This document shows, in pieces, positions 1-10,893 of a DNA stretch of 64,000 bases. A model generated the notes under the pieces. It was given only the letters and a program-made list of their open reading frames with translations, had not been told where the DNA came from and searched no databases. The stretch spans positions 22,942,001-23,006,000 of the forward strand of contig NW_024704743.1 of assembly GCF_018977255.1 (NCBI RefSeq). Direction: 5' to 3'. The translations under genes and the position numbers were made by a program. Every line of letters starts with the position of its first letter. Positions within the stretch are counted from its first letter, which is position 1. The stretch comes from Callorhinchus milii. Its lineage: Eukaryota.

Positions 1-546
1 GGTGAGAGAGGAGGGGGATAGAGAGAGTGTGAGAGGGATAGAGAGTGTGTGGGGGAGAGAGGGATAGACAGGGAGAGGGGGTGAGAGAGGAGGGGGATAG
101 AGAGAGTGTGAGAGAGAGATAGAGAGAGTGTGGGGGAGAGAGGGATAGACAGGGAGAGGGGGTGAGAGAGGAGGGGGATAGAGAGAGTGTGAGAGAGGGA
201 TAGAGAGAGTGTGGGGGAGAGAGGGATAGACAGGGAGAGGGGGTGAGAGAGGAGGGGGATAGAGAGAGTGTGAGAGAGAGATAGAGAGAGTGTGGGGGAA
301 AGAGGGATAGACAGGGAGAGGGGGTGAGAGAGGAGGGGGATAGAGAGAGTGTGAGAGAGGGATAGAGAGAGTGTGGGGGAGAGAGGGATAGACAGGGAGA
401 GGAGGGGGATAGAGAGAGTGTGAGAGAGAGATAGAGAGAGTGTGGGGGAAAGAGGGATAGACAGGGAGAGGAGGGGGATAGAGAGAGTGTGAGAGAGATG
501 GAGAGAGTGTGGGGGAGAGAGGGATAGACAGTGAGAGGGGGTGAGA
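1..546. repeat. Purine-rich (GA/GGGA) minisatellite, ~81-bp unit
   Basis: The unit starting ggtgagagaggagggggatagagagagtgtgaga recurs at 1, 80, 161, 242 and 323, followed by shortened units. GA-rich low complexity continues to ~1190. Confidence 0.9.
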
Positions 547-3500
547 TATAAATACAGACTCTCTTATAGATAGGAGAGATAGTACATCAATTTATACACA
601 TAAAAGGGGGAGATTAGAGGAGCAACGTAGAGAGATAGAGGGAATATACACAGTATATAATATATATATAAGAAGACAGTAATATCGTGTGTGGATATAT
701 GGGGGACAGAGGAGATTAAAGAGATAGGAGGAAAGTATATAGGTAAGGAACAGAGAGCGACAGTGAGATAGGAACAGAGAGAGATAGAGAACAGACTGAC
801 TGGGGTCAGACACAGGTAGATCAGGAATAGAGAGAGACTCTCTAAATCCAAGTTGTTGTTGTTGTAGTAGAGGGAAACAGACGTGGGGGGGGGGGGGACA
901 GGTAGAGAGATGGGTTAGTTAGATCAGCTTATGTGAGTCGGAGGCTGAGTAGAGGGTTGAAAGATAGAACTACATCGGAATAGAGATAGCAAGGAAATTA
1001 GAGAGGGATAGTGGGGAAGATTTAGGCGACAGAGAAAAAGAGCAATAGAAATCGAGAGAATAGAGGAAACAGAGATAGGAGAGGGAAAAAGGAAAGCGAG
1101 TCTGTTAAAGAGGGAGACAGTGGAAAGGAGCAGAAGGAATATAAAGAAAGAATTGAGGGAGAGAACACATTTAGAGAGAAAGACGGTCCAGAACAGGTTT
1201 GGCCGAAGAGATTGGGAGAAATAAAGGCGCTCTCAGGAGGGTAGATCTGCCACAAACCCAGAGCGAAAGAAGTTCAGTTGGAGGCTCAGTCACCTCACTA
1301 GGTAACATCATGTTGGCTTGTCTTTCACGCTCGGTTGGATTGGTTCTAGGCAGAACAAAATGTTACATTTTGAAAATAAGTTTCTGAAATAAATAATTCT
1401 TAAATTGCTTGAGACATAATTCGAGATGGCACCGCAAAAAAGGAATCTCTAAACGTTGATTCACGTATCTGCTAACATCTCAATGTCATTCTTATACTTG
1501 TGTAATGACATCGATCAAGTCTCTGAGTCTTCACATTCTCGGTTTCCAACTTTGCTATGTCGAGTTGGATCTCGGTAATGCCTACGCAACTTGAAGAACC
1601 AACTTCAAGGGGAATCTGACTGCATCTGGAACCGTTCGAAAACATTTGTTGTACATTGTTGTGTCCCTCGAAGCAAATCTTAATGTAAAAGTGATTTGAT
1701 GCTATCTTAGAGTTTCCAAATCTTAGTCCGTACTGAGCCCCCAAATTCAACAGCCGCCTTGCACTTATATAGCGCACTTCATGCAGGATAGGGCCTTGGA
1801 GAACTGTAGTGACAGGATTGGACACTGAGGAAGGGAGAGGTGACCGTATGCGCAGTCAATGAGAGAGGCATAGAATGGGATCCAAAGGTAGATAAAGAGA
1901 GGGTGAGATGGAGGAACTGTGGCAGGGAGTTGCAGAAATTAGAGGAGTAGTGGCCCTAACCTGACCAGCAAACTAACCGGCTTCCTCTCTCTAATATACA
2001 GGGGAATCCTGTCATTGCTCCAGTAAGGTATGGCTACACTTATAGAGCTATTGTTTTGTGGATCCGCGTTAATCGGAAAAGCTATACTGTACATCCGACT
2101 CCTGACGCTGACTAACCAGCTTCTCAGGGTGTAAATGACTGAATTCCAGATCATCAAGTAACTGCTGATGTCCGTTCCTGCGTCTTGCTTGCTGTATGCT
2201 ACGCAAGCGTTATTTTCTATCATGTATTTAATTCTTCATGTTTGCCCAAGGGAACAACAATCCATTTTAGGTTGTAAAATAATGCAGTGATGAATATCGC
2301 TAGCTTGGGCTTCAGCTGAACAAAACACTGAGCATTTGAAACAATATTTGATGATGCTTCTAGTGATTGATATTTAAACCAGGGTATAAGATTTTAGTTG
2401 GAGCGGTTGATATTTATAGTTGAATGAGTGAAGTTGTAATAGGAAACTTGATGCATACATGAGAGAGAAAGGAGAAGGGAATACACAGCCTCTCATAGTA
2501 TGTAAACATTGGCAAATACTAGTTGGATCGAATGGGCTATTTCCATTCTGTAATGTTCTGTGTAACAATTATAGATTATTTATTAATATGAGATTAATTT
2601 ATAGTGGGCATAGAATATTTAATAATACAGCTTCTGATGAATATTCAATTTTTCCATAATTTAAACTTTTAATAAAGAGACTAGTATTCAATTTTTCTCT
2701 ATTTCATAATAGAATAGAAAAAAAAATTTCAAAATATGTCTCGCCTAATATTCAGGAAATTAAAAGCCAAACTTAAATTCCAGCATATTTATTTTGTTCC
2801 AGTACAGAATGTCATATTTTTTAATGATACAGCAGAAGTGAATGTCGGAATCTTTAATCGTAGGTAATTACCTTTTGATTCAGAGAAATTATTCAGGTAA
2901 TGGAGAGCTCTGGTTAAATAATGTTCTAAAAAAACCTCTTGTATTAGTATTGGATTATTTCAGGGATCCCTGGTCCTGGACGACGGTGTGACACAATTCC
3001 ATATTAGTAATACCTTAGCCAGGTAAGTGGTTGATTCTTTAATTATGAGTTTTGTTTGACAATGAAAGGACACCAAAGGCAAACTTGTTATTAACTTTAC
3101 CTGGCATCCACAAATTATACTTTAAGCGTGGTTCTCAATACAGCAGTCCAGACAAGAAAACCCTGGGACACCATCCCCTCTTTAGCTTTGGGATATTGAA
3201 GCCAATTAATAATACTACTAATAATAATCCTTACATTTAGTATAGTGCCTTTCATTTCAGGAGGACGTCTCAAAGCACTTCACAGGATACACGGTAAATT
3301 TATTTCTTCTCGTCTGTATGGGTGAATAGCACACCTCAAGATGCAATATCTAGTGAGGGATCATGAAAAGTTAAATTTAATGTATGGTTGGTCGGACAGA
3401 CAAAGGTGATGCGCTCGGAAAATCCAATTTTGGAGGAATTTAAAAATTGAGAACATGTTTGTGCATTACTACAAAATGAAAATCATGACATTGCAATGTA

Positions 3501-3552
3501 GGGTACATTTTCAATAAAATATTCATTTTGGATATCTTTAATATGGGAATGT

Positions 3553-3960
3553 AACAACAACAACTTGCACTTACATAGCCTCCTCCACACAGGGTAGCGT
3601 CTCAGAGCGCATAACAGTGGTGGAGCCTGACTCCGAGCCCGGGGTGGGTGGCGGTGGGGGGGCGGGGAGGGGAGGAGGTGGCCGTAAGCACGGTCGAAGA
3701 GGGAGGTTTTCAGGCGGGACTTGAAAAACGGGAGGGGGCAAGGCGGAGGGATTGAGAGAGAGTGTTCCAGAGTTTCAGGGTGTAGTGGCTGAAAGCGCGA
3801 CCTCCGATGGTGGGGTGGAGGGTGCGAGGGATGAGCAGGAGGCTGGTGCCAGTCGAGCGGAGGCACCGGTTGGTGCTTTGGGGAGTGAGGAGGTCGGAGA
3901 GGTAGGGAGGTGCCAGGCAGTGAAGGGATTTGAACACGAGTGTGAGGATCTTGAAGTGTA
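3553..3960 (-). mobile_element. L2 LINE 3' fragment
   Basis: The minus strand encodes FKILTLVFKSLHCLAPPYLSDLL...TIGGRAFS...LWN, typical of the L2 ORF2 C-terminus, and ends in a (TTG)n tail. Confidence 0.85.
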
Positions 3961-4172
3961 AAGTAATAGTGTACTTCAAACATAACCTTTTGAATAATTT
4001 TATACATCAATACTTGAACCGTGTTTCGACCTCAGCATTCATCTCTTGAGATACAGTCAAATGTTTTGTCATAGTGCAAGAAACTTAACGAACTCTGCAG
4101 TCTAGCCACTAGATGGAAACCCAGTGCCATTTAAAAAAAATCTCGGTGAAAAATAAAGGTTTATTGTACCTA

Positions 4173-4442
4173 AATAATAATCCTTGCATTTGATATAGCG
4201 CTTTTCACGTCGGGAGGACGTCCCAAAGCGCTTTACAGAACACACTGTAAAGTGAATTGACTGTATATTTGTGGGCGAATGCGGCAGCCAATTGCGCACA
4301 GCAATGTCCCACAAACAGTCGTAGATTGAAAATGACCAATTTATTATTGTTTTTGGTTTTGGAGGGATTATTATTAGGCTCTGTGTGGAGTAAGGAAACT
4401 TGCCCAAGGTTTCGCCCTCTGCCTGGAATTGAACTCAGGTCT
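4173..4442 (-). mobile_element. tRNA-derived Deu-domain SINE, young short subfamily, 5' truncated
   Basis: Near-identical to the copies at 14747 and 54393. Has the core ctgtttgtgggacattgctgtgcgcaattggctgcc and the tail aaatgcaagg(att)n. Confidence 0.9.
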
Positions 4443-4965
4443 AAATAAGTGGCTTAGGGTCAGCGGGGCAAATAGAATACCAGGAGTGAGAACATGGATT
4501 CTTCTTTGTCATATAATAGCTGACAAAATAATTTAAATTAATTGTATTCTAATGGCTAAAATTGAAAATTTAAATCTCACTTCATTTTGAAAGAACAAGA
4601 TGGTAGGAGTCAAGCTGACAACAATGAGATAGAAGAAACCATTCTCCAGAAGGCAGAGGAGTGTTCTGTCTTTAGCAGTTGGTTAGGGTTAGGCATAATA
4701 AGATCATAAATTCTATTCTTGTGACAACTGTCTCATCTGGTGGTGCTCCTCAATTCAATGCCCCATGAAAGTTCGCTAGGTTGACACTGTTTATACAAAT
4801 ACACAGTCAATCCCCTTTATAAAATATTCTGTGATGCACTGTGCGATGTCTCAACAACCTGATCAGGCGCTATATCAAATGCATGGATTATTATTGGTGT
4901 ATTATTTATACCATAAATTACAAATGTTTTTATTTTTGTTTAATTTTTCACTTCATTGCCCTTAT

Positions 4966-4979
4966 GTTGCCAAGGAAAC
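4966..4979 (+). promoter_or_regulatory. RFX X-box (GTTGCCAAGGAAAC), putative promoter element of the C7orf57-like gene
   Basis: 14-bp match to the RFX palindrome GTTGCCATGG(C/A)AAC. TGATGTCA follows at 4985-4992 and a forkhead TAAACA at 5047-5052. Confidence 0.55.
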
Positions 4980-5742
4980 CACTCTGATGTCACAACGTTT
5001 GCATAATGTTAGATTTTAGTGTTTAAATTTAATATAAAAAGTAGATTAAACAAATTATGGTGCCCGCAGCAAAATTTAATATCCAATGGTAAATCAGAAC
5101 TGCCTATCAAGGTCCTATACAAGTTACTCAGGACTGTTTTCCTTTTAAATTATAAAGTTTACACCGGCAAAATTTATATATTTCCCTGCATCTATTTATT
5201 TGCCTGTACATTTGTTTGCTGAGTTGGTGTATACAGTGCTCTTAACTATTTAGTTGACCCCGTGGTGGAGAGGTTATATTTCTACCCACCCCTTCTTCAT
5301 TTCTTGCAGCAGTTACACACCCACATACTTGAAATTGCATAATTCATTTTTAATCTATAAACCATGTTCAGATTAATTAAACTGAAATCTCAATAAAATG
5401 TTAACCTTTGGGCAATTTTTCAATTCATTTCATTGTCTGTATTTTGAAATCCCTCAATATAAGTTTAAACAGAAAATGCAAACCCTCAAGGTTTACTTTA
5501 AATGGATTTTTTGGTATGTGTGTTGGTTTAGAACAGGAATGTCAAACTTTGTTTTGGAATTATAATTTGGGGTTAAAGCTGAAAAAAGATGGCCTTCACT
5601 GGCCCAGAAAAATAGCACAAATGGCTGTGGTTCATTTTAGACCATTGTTATCCCTGGGTTAATACTCCTGCAAATCACTTTTTTTATTAATCTAACATGG
5701 TGTTTAGAGCCCTGGAATTTATGTGGGGACTCATATAGTCTA

Positions 5743-6075
5743 GGCTGACAATTCAATGCAATGCTGGGGAGGTGTTGCAATGTTGGAGGTACTCTCCTTT
5801 CAATGAGAGATGTTAAAGATAGGACCTGTCTGCTTCTTCAGATGGACATTAAAGATTCCATGGCACTATTTGAAAAGAAAGGGGAGTTTCTCCCAGTGCC
5901 AAAAGCCCCCGCAAACAATTGGTCCTTCACTTCATGGCTGTTTGTGGGACATTCCTGTGTGTAAATTGGCTACTGTGTTTTGCCTAAAAATACAGTCACT
6001 GCAGTTTACAGTATGTATTGTGAAGCTCTTTCACATGTTCTGATGAGAAAGGTGCTATATCAGATATAAGTATTA
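5743..6075 (+). mobile_element. Older Deu-domain SINE (SacSINE1/AmnSINE1-like)
   Basis: Contains ggacattaaagattccatggcactatttgaaaagaaaggggagtttctccc and gctgtttgtgggacatt, both Deu-domain-like, plus an L2-type tail. Confidence 0.75.
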
Positions 6076-8224
6076 ATTTTATTGGGCCAGTTGTTTTGCT
6101 AAAGTGATCCGAGAGGTTGGTGTGAGAATGCAAAAGTCATCAACAGGCTGCAGATTTGAGATCGGAAAACATTTCTTCGTACATGGGCTTGTTAAAATAT
6201 GGAATTCACTATCATGAAAGGCTGCTAATTGCTTTGAGAAGTTCATCTTATGTGAAAAGTATCATCTTATATGAATCTACATGTTGTTGTAGATGCAGAG
6301 GTAATTGGAATCCTTGATAGGGAGATAAACATTTGGGAAGTAAGGATTTTAAAGAATATGGAGAAAATCAGATAAATGGGTAAAGGGATTTGACATGATC
6401 TAATACATTGGTGATACTGGCCTGATGGGCTGAATGACCTCGCCTTGATCCTGTGTTCATATATTCCAATTTCTATTAATCTGGAAAGTAATAATAATAA
6501 TTCTTGCATTTGATATAGCCCCTTTCTAGTCAAGAGGTCACCTCAGGAACACTTAACAGGATATACTGCAAAGTATAGTGCCTATCTTGTAGGTGAACCC
6601 GGCAGCCTATTTAAGCACAGTGAAATCCCACAAACAGCCATGAAGTGAGAAACTAATTTTATTTAGGAGATTGTTGGCTAGGACCCATGGAGAAACTCCC
6701 TTCTCTTTGAGTTGAATTTACGAAGTTATAGTCAAATCTTTGTTTATATGTCTTATTCGCAACTTGGGACACAGATTTAGGTTGGATACTATATTTGAGA
6801 GATCCACACATGGAAGAAGAGCTTTGACCCTGATATTCTGTTCAGATATTAATGCACAATGTTGAACTGCAGCCATAGCCATTCTCATGTTCTTGTTACT
6901 GGGAAGTGTGGCTTAAGTCTTAGAAACTCTTACATTGCTCCACTCATGGAGATGAAATTTGTGGTGTTTCATCACGTTTGATATGATAATTATTGCCTAG
7001 TATTAACTACTGGCTTATCGACTCGCCATAATAATCAATCAGTACTCAGTGATAATTATCACATCAAACACATTATGAACAATGCATATTTCACCCCTTT
7101 TTGCAACAATAACCAAAGATATTTTTGTGATGTTGCATCGTGTTGCCCACTGTCATCTGCAGGAGCATTAATAAATCATGCGGATATGAACGCTTAACAA
7201 ATGCTCATATTTGAAAGCAAGAATGAACAAAAAACATCTTGTGCTGGAAGTAAAACAGTTGAAATTAATCAAATTAAAATGGCAAATTTTCCCACGTTTT
7301 AATATCTTGAAGCCTGGAGGAGGTATTGACAAAGTAGATCTAAATCAATTCCAACCCACATTATCCTATTTTCATAAATTTAAAGGCAATGAATCATGTA
7401 GATCACATAAGTTTTCAATATAAAAAAAACTCAATTTTCAATTCATATTATTATTGTAGGAACTGCACAAATTCAAAACATGTTTGAATTATTGTAATAG
7501 AAGTTGAAAGTTTGAGTTTGTTTAACTTTACCATTTATTGGACAAGGAAATTAACAATGTTTCCTCAATAATAAGGATGAGGAAAACATTTGTAATTTGA
7601 ATGTGGGGGAAGTTTTCAAAAGATCTTTGGAAAACCATACTAAGCTTTTTTTCTTCCACTAACTCATTTATAATACATTATGTATGAAAGCATCTCAAAG
7701 AATATGATATCAGTTAAACAAACACTCCTCCAGTACTTGTTTCGCCCACAAAAAAACACATTCACTCCACTTTACAGTATATCAAACGAAGTGCTTTGAG
7801 CTGACCTATCAACATGAAAGGTCAAATGTAAGGATTATTATTATATTATACCAAATGGAAGTATTATTGTTATTATCACCAACCTAGAGTATCAGGTGAA
7901 ACCAGTGGTGGCCAAGTTTTATTGTCAGCCAACAAAATTAATTTAAAATAAATTAAGAAATATTCCATCAAAAGATTGAAAACATGCTACCAATTGAACA
8001 TGGACTTACCTAGACTCGTGCGAATGTATGGGCGGGGGGGAGGGGGAAGGTACGCTTCTTGACGGCTCTATGTTTGGTCACCACTAGTCTAGACTGTGAT
8101 GAGTCTTGGACACACAGCCTTACGGTCCAGAGCTGAGAATGCTACCCACTGAGCCAAGCTGACACATAATACGTAATTAATCTCTTTTTATTCTCTAACA
8201 GTATTTGAAAGAAGGAGCAACAAT

Positions 8225-8255
8225 ATGTCAACCCATGGCCAATATAGTGAGTGCG
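8225..8255 (+). CDS. C7orf57: C7orf57-like coding exon 1 (MSTHGQYSEC+G); the exon starts at 8202 with 5'UTR
   Basis: Acceptor tcttttttattctctaacag at 8201, ATG at 8225, donor G|gtaagt at 8256. The phase-1 join with 20586 gives C-D-W-F-Y-H. Confidence 0.8.
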
Positions 8256-8339
8256 GTAAGTTTTTCCTCTTATTCTAAACCCCTTTGTAGCACATTAAAA
8301 TTTTATTGTTTTCCCCTTCAATCTGTCTACTCCTCTCCT

Positions 8340-8585
8340 GAAGGTGGTGACTTAAACTTCAACTCGCTTGGTTTCACTGGCTCCCCATCACTCAGAGGAT
8401 ACAGTACAAGATCCTGGTCCTCATCTTCAAAACCCTCCACTGCCTTGCTCCTCCCTTCCTCTGTGACCTCCTAACACCCTACCAACCTGTCCACTCCCTC
8501 CGCTCAGTGGGCTCCGGCCTGCTTCCAGCGGCTTGGGTTGTCCTCCTGACATGAAAGGCACTATACTGTAATGTGTTGATGTTGT
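8340..8585 (+). mobile_element. L2 LINE 3' fragment, degenerate
   Basis: cactggctccccatcactcagaggatacagtacaagatcctggtcctc (HWLPITQRIQYKILVL), ending in the tail gaaaggcactata. Confidence 0.75.
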
Positions 8586-8676
8586 CACCGATTACCCAGT
8601 TGGCTTTCATCTTAGAAATTGCAATTCGTGAGTGTTGATCAGGTATTTAAAGTATGGATATAAAATCTTAAAAAAN

Positions 8677-8975
8677 CCTTCCATTCGATATAGTGCTTTT
8701 CACGTCTTCTAGATATCTCAAAGTGCTTCACAGAATATACTGTAAAGTGAATTGACTGTATATTAATGGGAAACGTGGCAGCCAATTGCGCACAGAAGTG
8801 TCCCACAGACAGTTGTGGGTTGAAGTGACCAATTTACTATTGCTTTGTTTCTTGAGGGATTATTATCAGGTGTGTGGAGTAAGGAAAGTTGCCCAAGATT
8901 TCGCCCTGCCGGGAATCAAACCCAGGTCTCCTGCTTGTGAGGTGTGTCCTCTAACCACTGAGTTGCAGGATATCC
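8677..8975 (-). mobile_element. tRNA-derived Deu SINE, short subfamily, full length
   Basis: Reverse complement of the tRNA head with A/B boxes, the Deu core and the tail. Confidence 0.88.
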
Positions 8976-8977
8976 AA

Positions 8978-9190
8978 ACCAAGCTGATCCTGCTCTCACT
9001 CAGTGTCTACCCATAAACATGTTCTACCGTTGGAGAAGCTTAGAGTGCTTAGGTGAATTGTTGAGACATTGATGCTGCCTCTTGTGAGATTAGCTAACTC
9101 AGTACTGATTTGGAATCAAACCTGGGACCTCCCCGGTTTGCACAACTTAGTTTCACTTTAGTCAGTGTCGCTACAGGCTGAACATTTGGA
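8978..9190 (-). mobile_element. Ancient tRNA SINE, AmnSINE2-like, degenerate
   Basis: The minus strand reads gaggtcccaggtttgattccaaatcagtactgagttagctaatctcac...gtgagagcaggatcagcttgg, resembling the AmnSINE2 consensus as recalled. Confidence 0.5.
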
Positions 9191-9669
9191 TATTGAACTC
9201 TATGTTACAGTAGGGTAACATGTAATACAGCGGCAGAACTTTCTTACTTTATATTCTGTCTACTTTGAATTTGTGACTGTGCCAGCAAGCGGGTATGATC
9301 TGTACTATAGCAGAACACTACGTACTCAGATGATCATAAAATTGCTTTATTGGATGAAACATCTCGTTTCATCTCTTGCTACTGGAAATCTCACTGCATC
9401 GTTATTTTATCTTAGAATCATAGAATTATACAGCACAGAGGAGGCCATTCGGCCCATTGTGTCTGTGCTGCTCTTTAAAAAGAGCTATCCAATTCAATCC
9501 CATTCCCCTATGTTCTCCCCATAGCCCTGCAAACTTGTCCTCCTCAAATAATTATCTACTTCTCTCTTAAAGTTGTTATCGAATTGGCTTCCACCACCAT
9601 TTCAGGCAATGCATTCACAACTCACTGTGTGAAAAAANTTCTCCTTACCTTCCTTCCGGTTCTAGTGGG

Positions 9670-10168
9670 TGCTGCGCAGGTTCACCAGAATTCTACCAGG
9701 CCAAAAAGGGTTAAGTTAAGAGGAAAGGCTGCGTAAACCTAGATTGTATTCCCTCGAGTTTAGCAGATTGAGGGGTGATTTGATGGAGGTTTTTAGGATG
9801 ATAAAGGGATTTGATAGGGTAGATGCAGAAAAGCTATTTCCTATGTTGGGGGAATGCAAAACAAGGGGGCATAGTCTTAAAATTAGAACCAGACTATTTA
9901 AGAGTTAAATTAGGAAGCATTTTTTCAATCAAAGGATGGTAGAAATCTAGAACTCTCTCCCCCAAAAGGGCGTGGATGCTGGATCCATCCACGCCTTCAA
10001 GAAAGAGATTAACAGAGTTTGGTAGGTCAGGGTGTTAATGGATATGAGGAGAAAGTGGGAAATGGATTTGAAATTATTCTAGTAAAGATATAGATCAGCC
10101 ATGATCTAATTAAATGGCGGAACAGGCTTGATGGGCTGAATGGCCTACTCCTGTTCCTATGTTCCTAT
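9670..10168 (+). mobile_element. CR1 LINE 3' fragment nested in a minus-strand CR1
   Basis: Degenerate RRFTRILPG...YSLEFSRLRGDL, with the 3' end ggctgaatggcctactcctgttcctatgttcctat. Confidence 0.85.
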
Positions 10169-10315
10169 CAACAATTATTTTAAATTGATGTCCTTGGGTC
10201 ACCGACCCACCCACCAGTGGAAACAGTTTCTCCTTGTTCACCCTATCGAATCCCCTTATCATATTAAGTCTCCTCTTAACCTTCTCTGCTCCAAGGAGAA
10301 TAATCCTAGCTTCTG

Positions 10316-10893
10316 TAGCCCTGGTGAGACCACACCTGGAATACTGTGTCCAGTTTTGGTCTCCTCATTTAAGGAAGGATGTACTTGCCTTGGAGGGGGT
10401 GCAGCGTAGATTTACTAGGTTAGTACCAGGGATGAAGGGGATGAGTTACGAGGATAGGTTGACCAATTTGGGCCTATACTCTCTAGAATATAGAAGAATT
10501 AGAGGGGATCTTATAGAAACCTATAAGATCATCAAAGGGCATGATAGAGTAGATAGTGGGAGATTGTTTCCCTGGTTGGAGAAACTAAAACAGGAGTCAC
10601 AACCTTAAAATCAGAGGCCAGCCCTTTCGCACTGAGTTGAGGAAGAACTTCTTCACTCAAAGGGTGATGAATGTATGGAACTCACTACCCCAAAGGGCTG
10701 TTGACGCTCAGTCCTTAGACATATTGAAGACTGAGTTGATAGATTTCTTATTGCAAAAGGGTTTAAGGGATATGGGGATAAGGCAGGGTCAGGTTATTAG
10801 CTGGAGTTAGATTAGAAGATCAGCCATGATTGAATGGCGAGGCAGGCTCGAAGGGCCAAATGGACTATACCTGCTCCTACATGTTATGTTATG
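10316..10893 (+). mobile_element. CR1 LINE 3' fragment nested in a minus-strand CR1
   Basis: [48 protein letters not shown]...[14 protein letters not shown], ending in a (tgtta)n tail. Confidence 0.9.

Noticed and set aside
1..546. Regularly spaced repeats as a CRISPR-like array
   Set aside because: There are no unique spacers and no cas genes. It is a vertebrate tandem minisatellite.
564..1255. Hydrophobic Leu/Ser-rich ORFs resembling membrane proteins (also 53622-54048)
   Set aside because: These are artefacts of GA/CT low-complexity sequence.
4102..4448. Recurring ORFs such as CLWDIAVRNWLP...KRYIKCKDYY, suggesting a multi-copy small-protein family
   Set aside because: They are translations of the SINE consensus in different frames, with inconsistent starts and stops.
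8676..9638. Single N bases at 8676 and 9638
   Set aside because: Both end poly-A runs inside repeats, so they reflect assembly ambiguity rather than biology.
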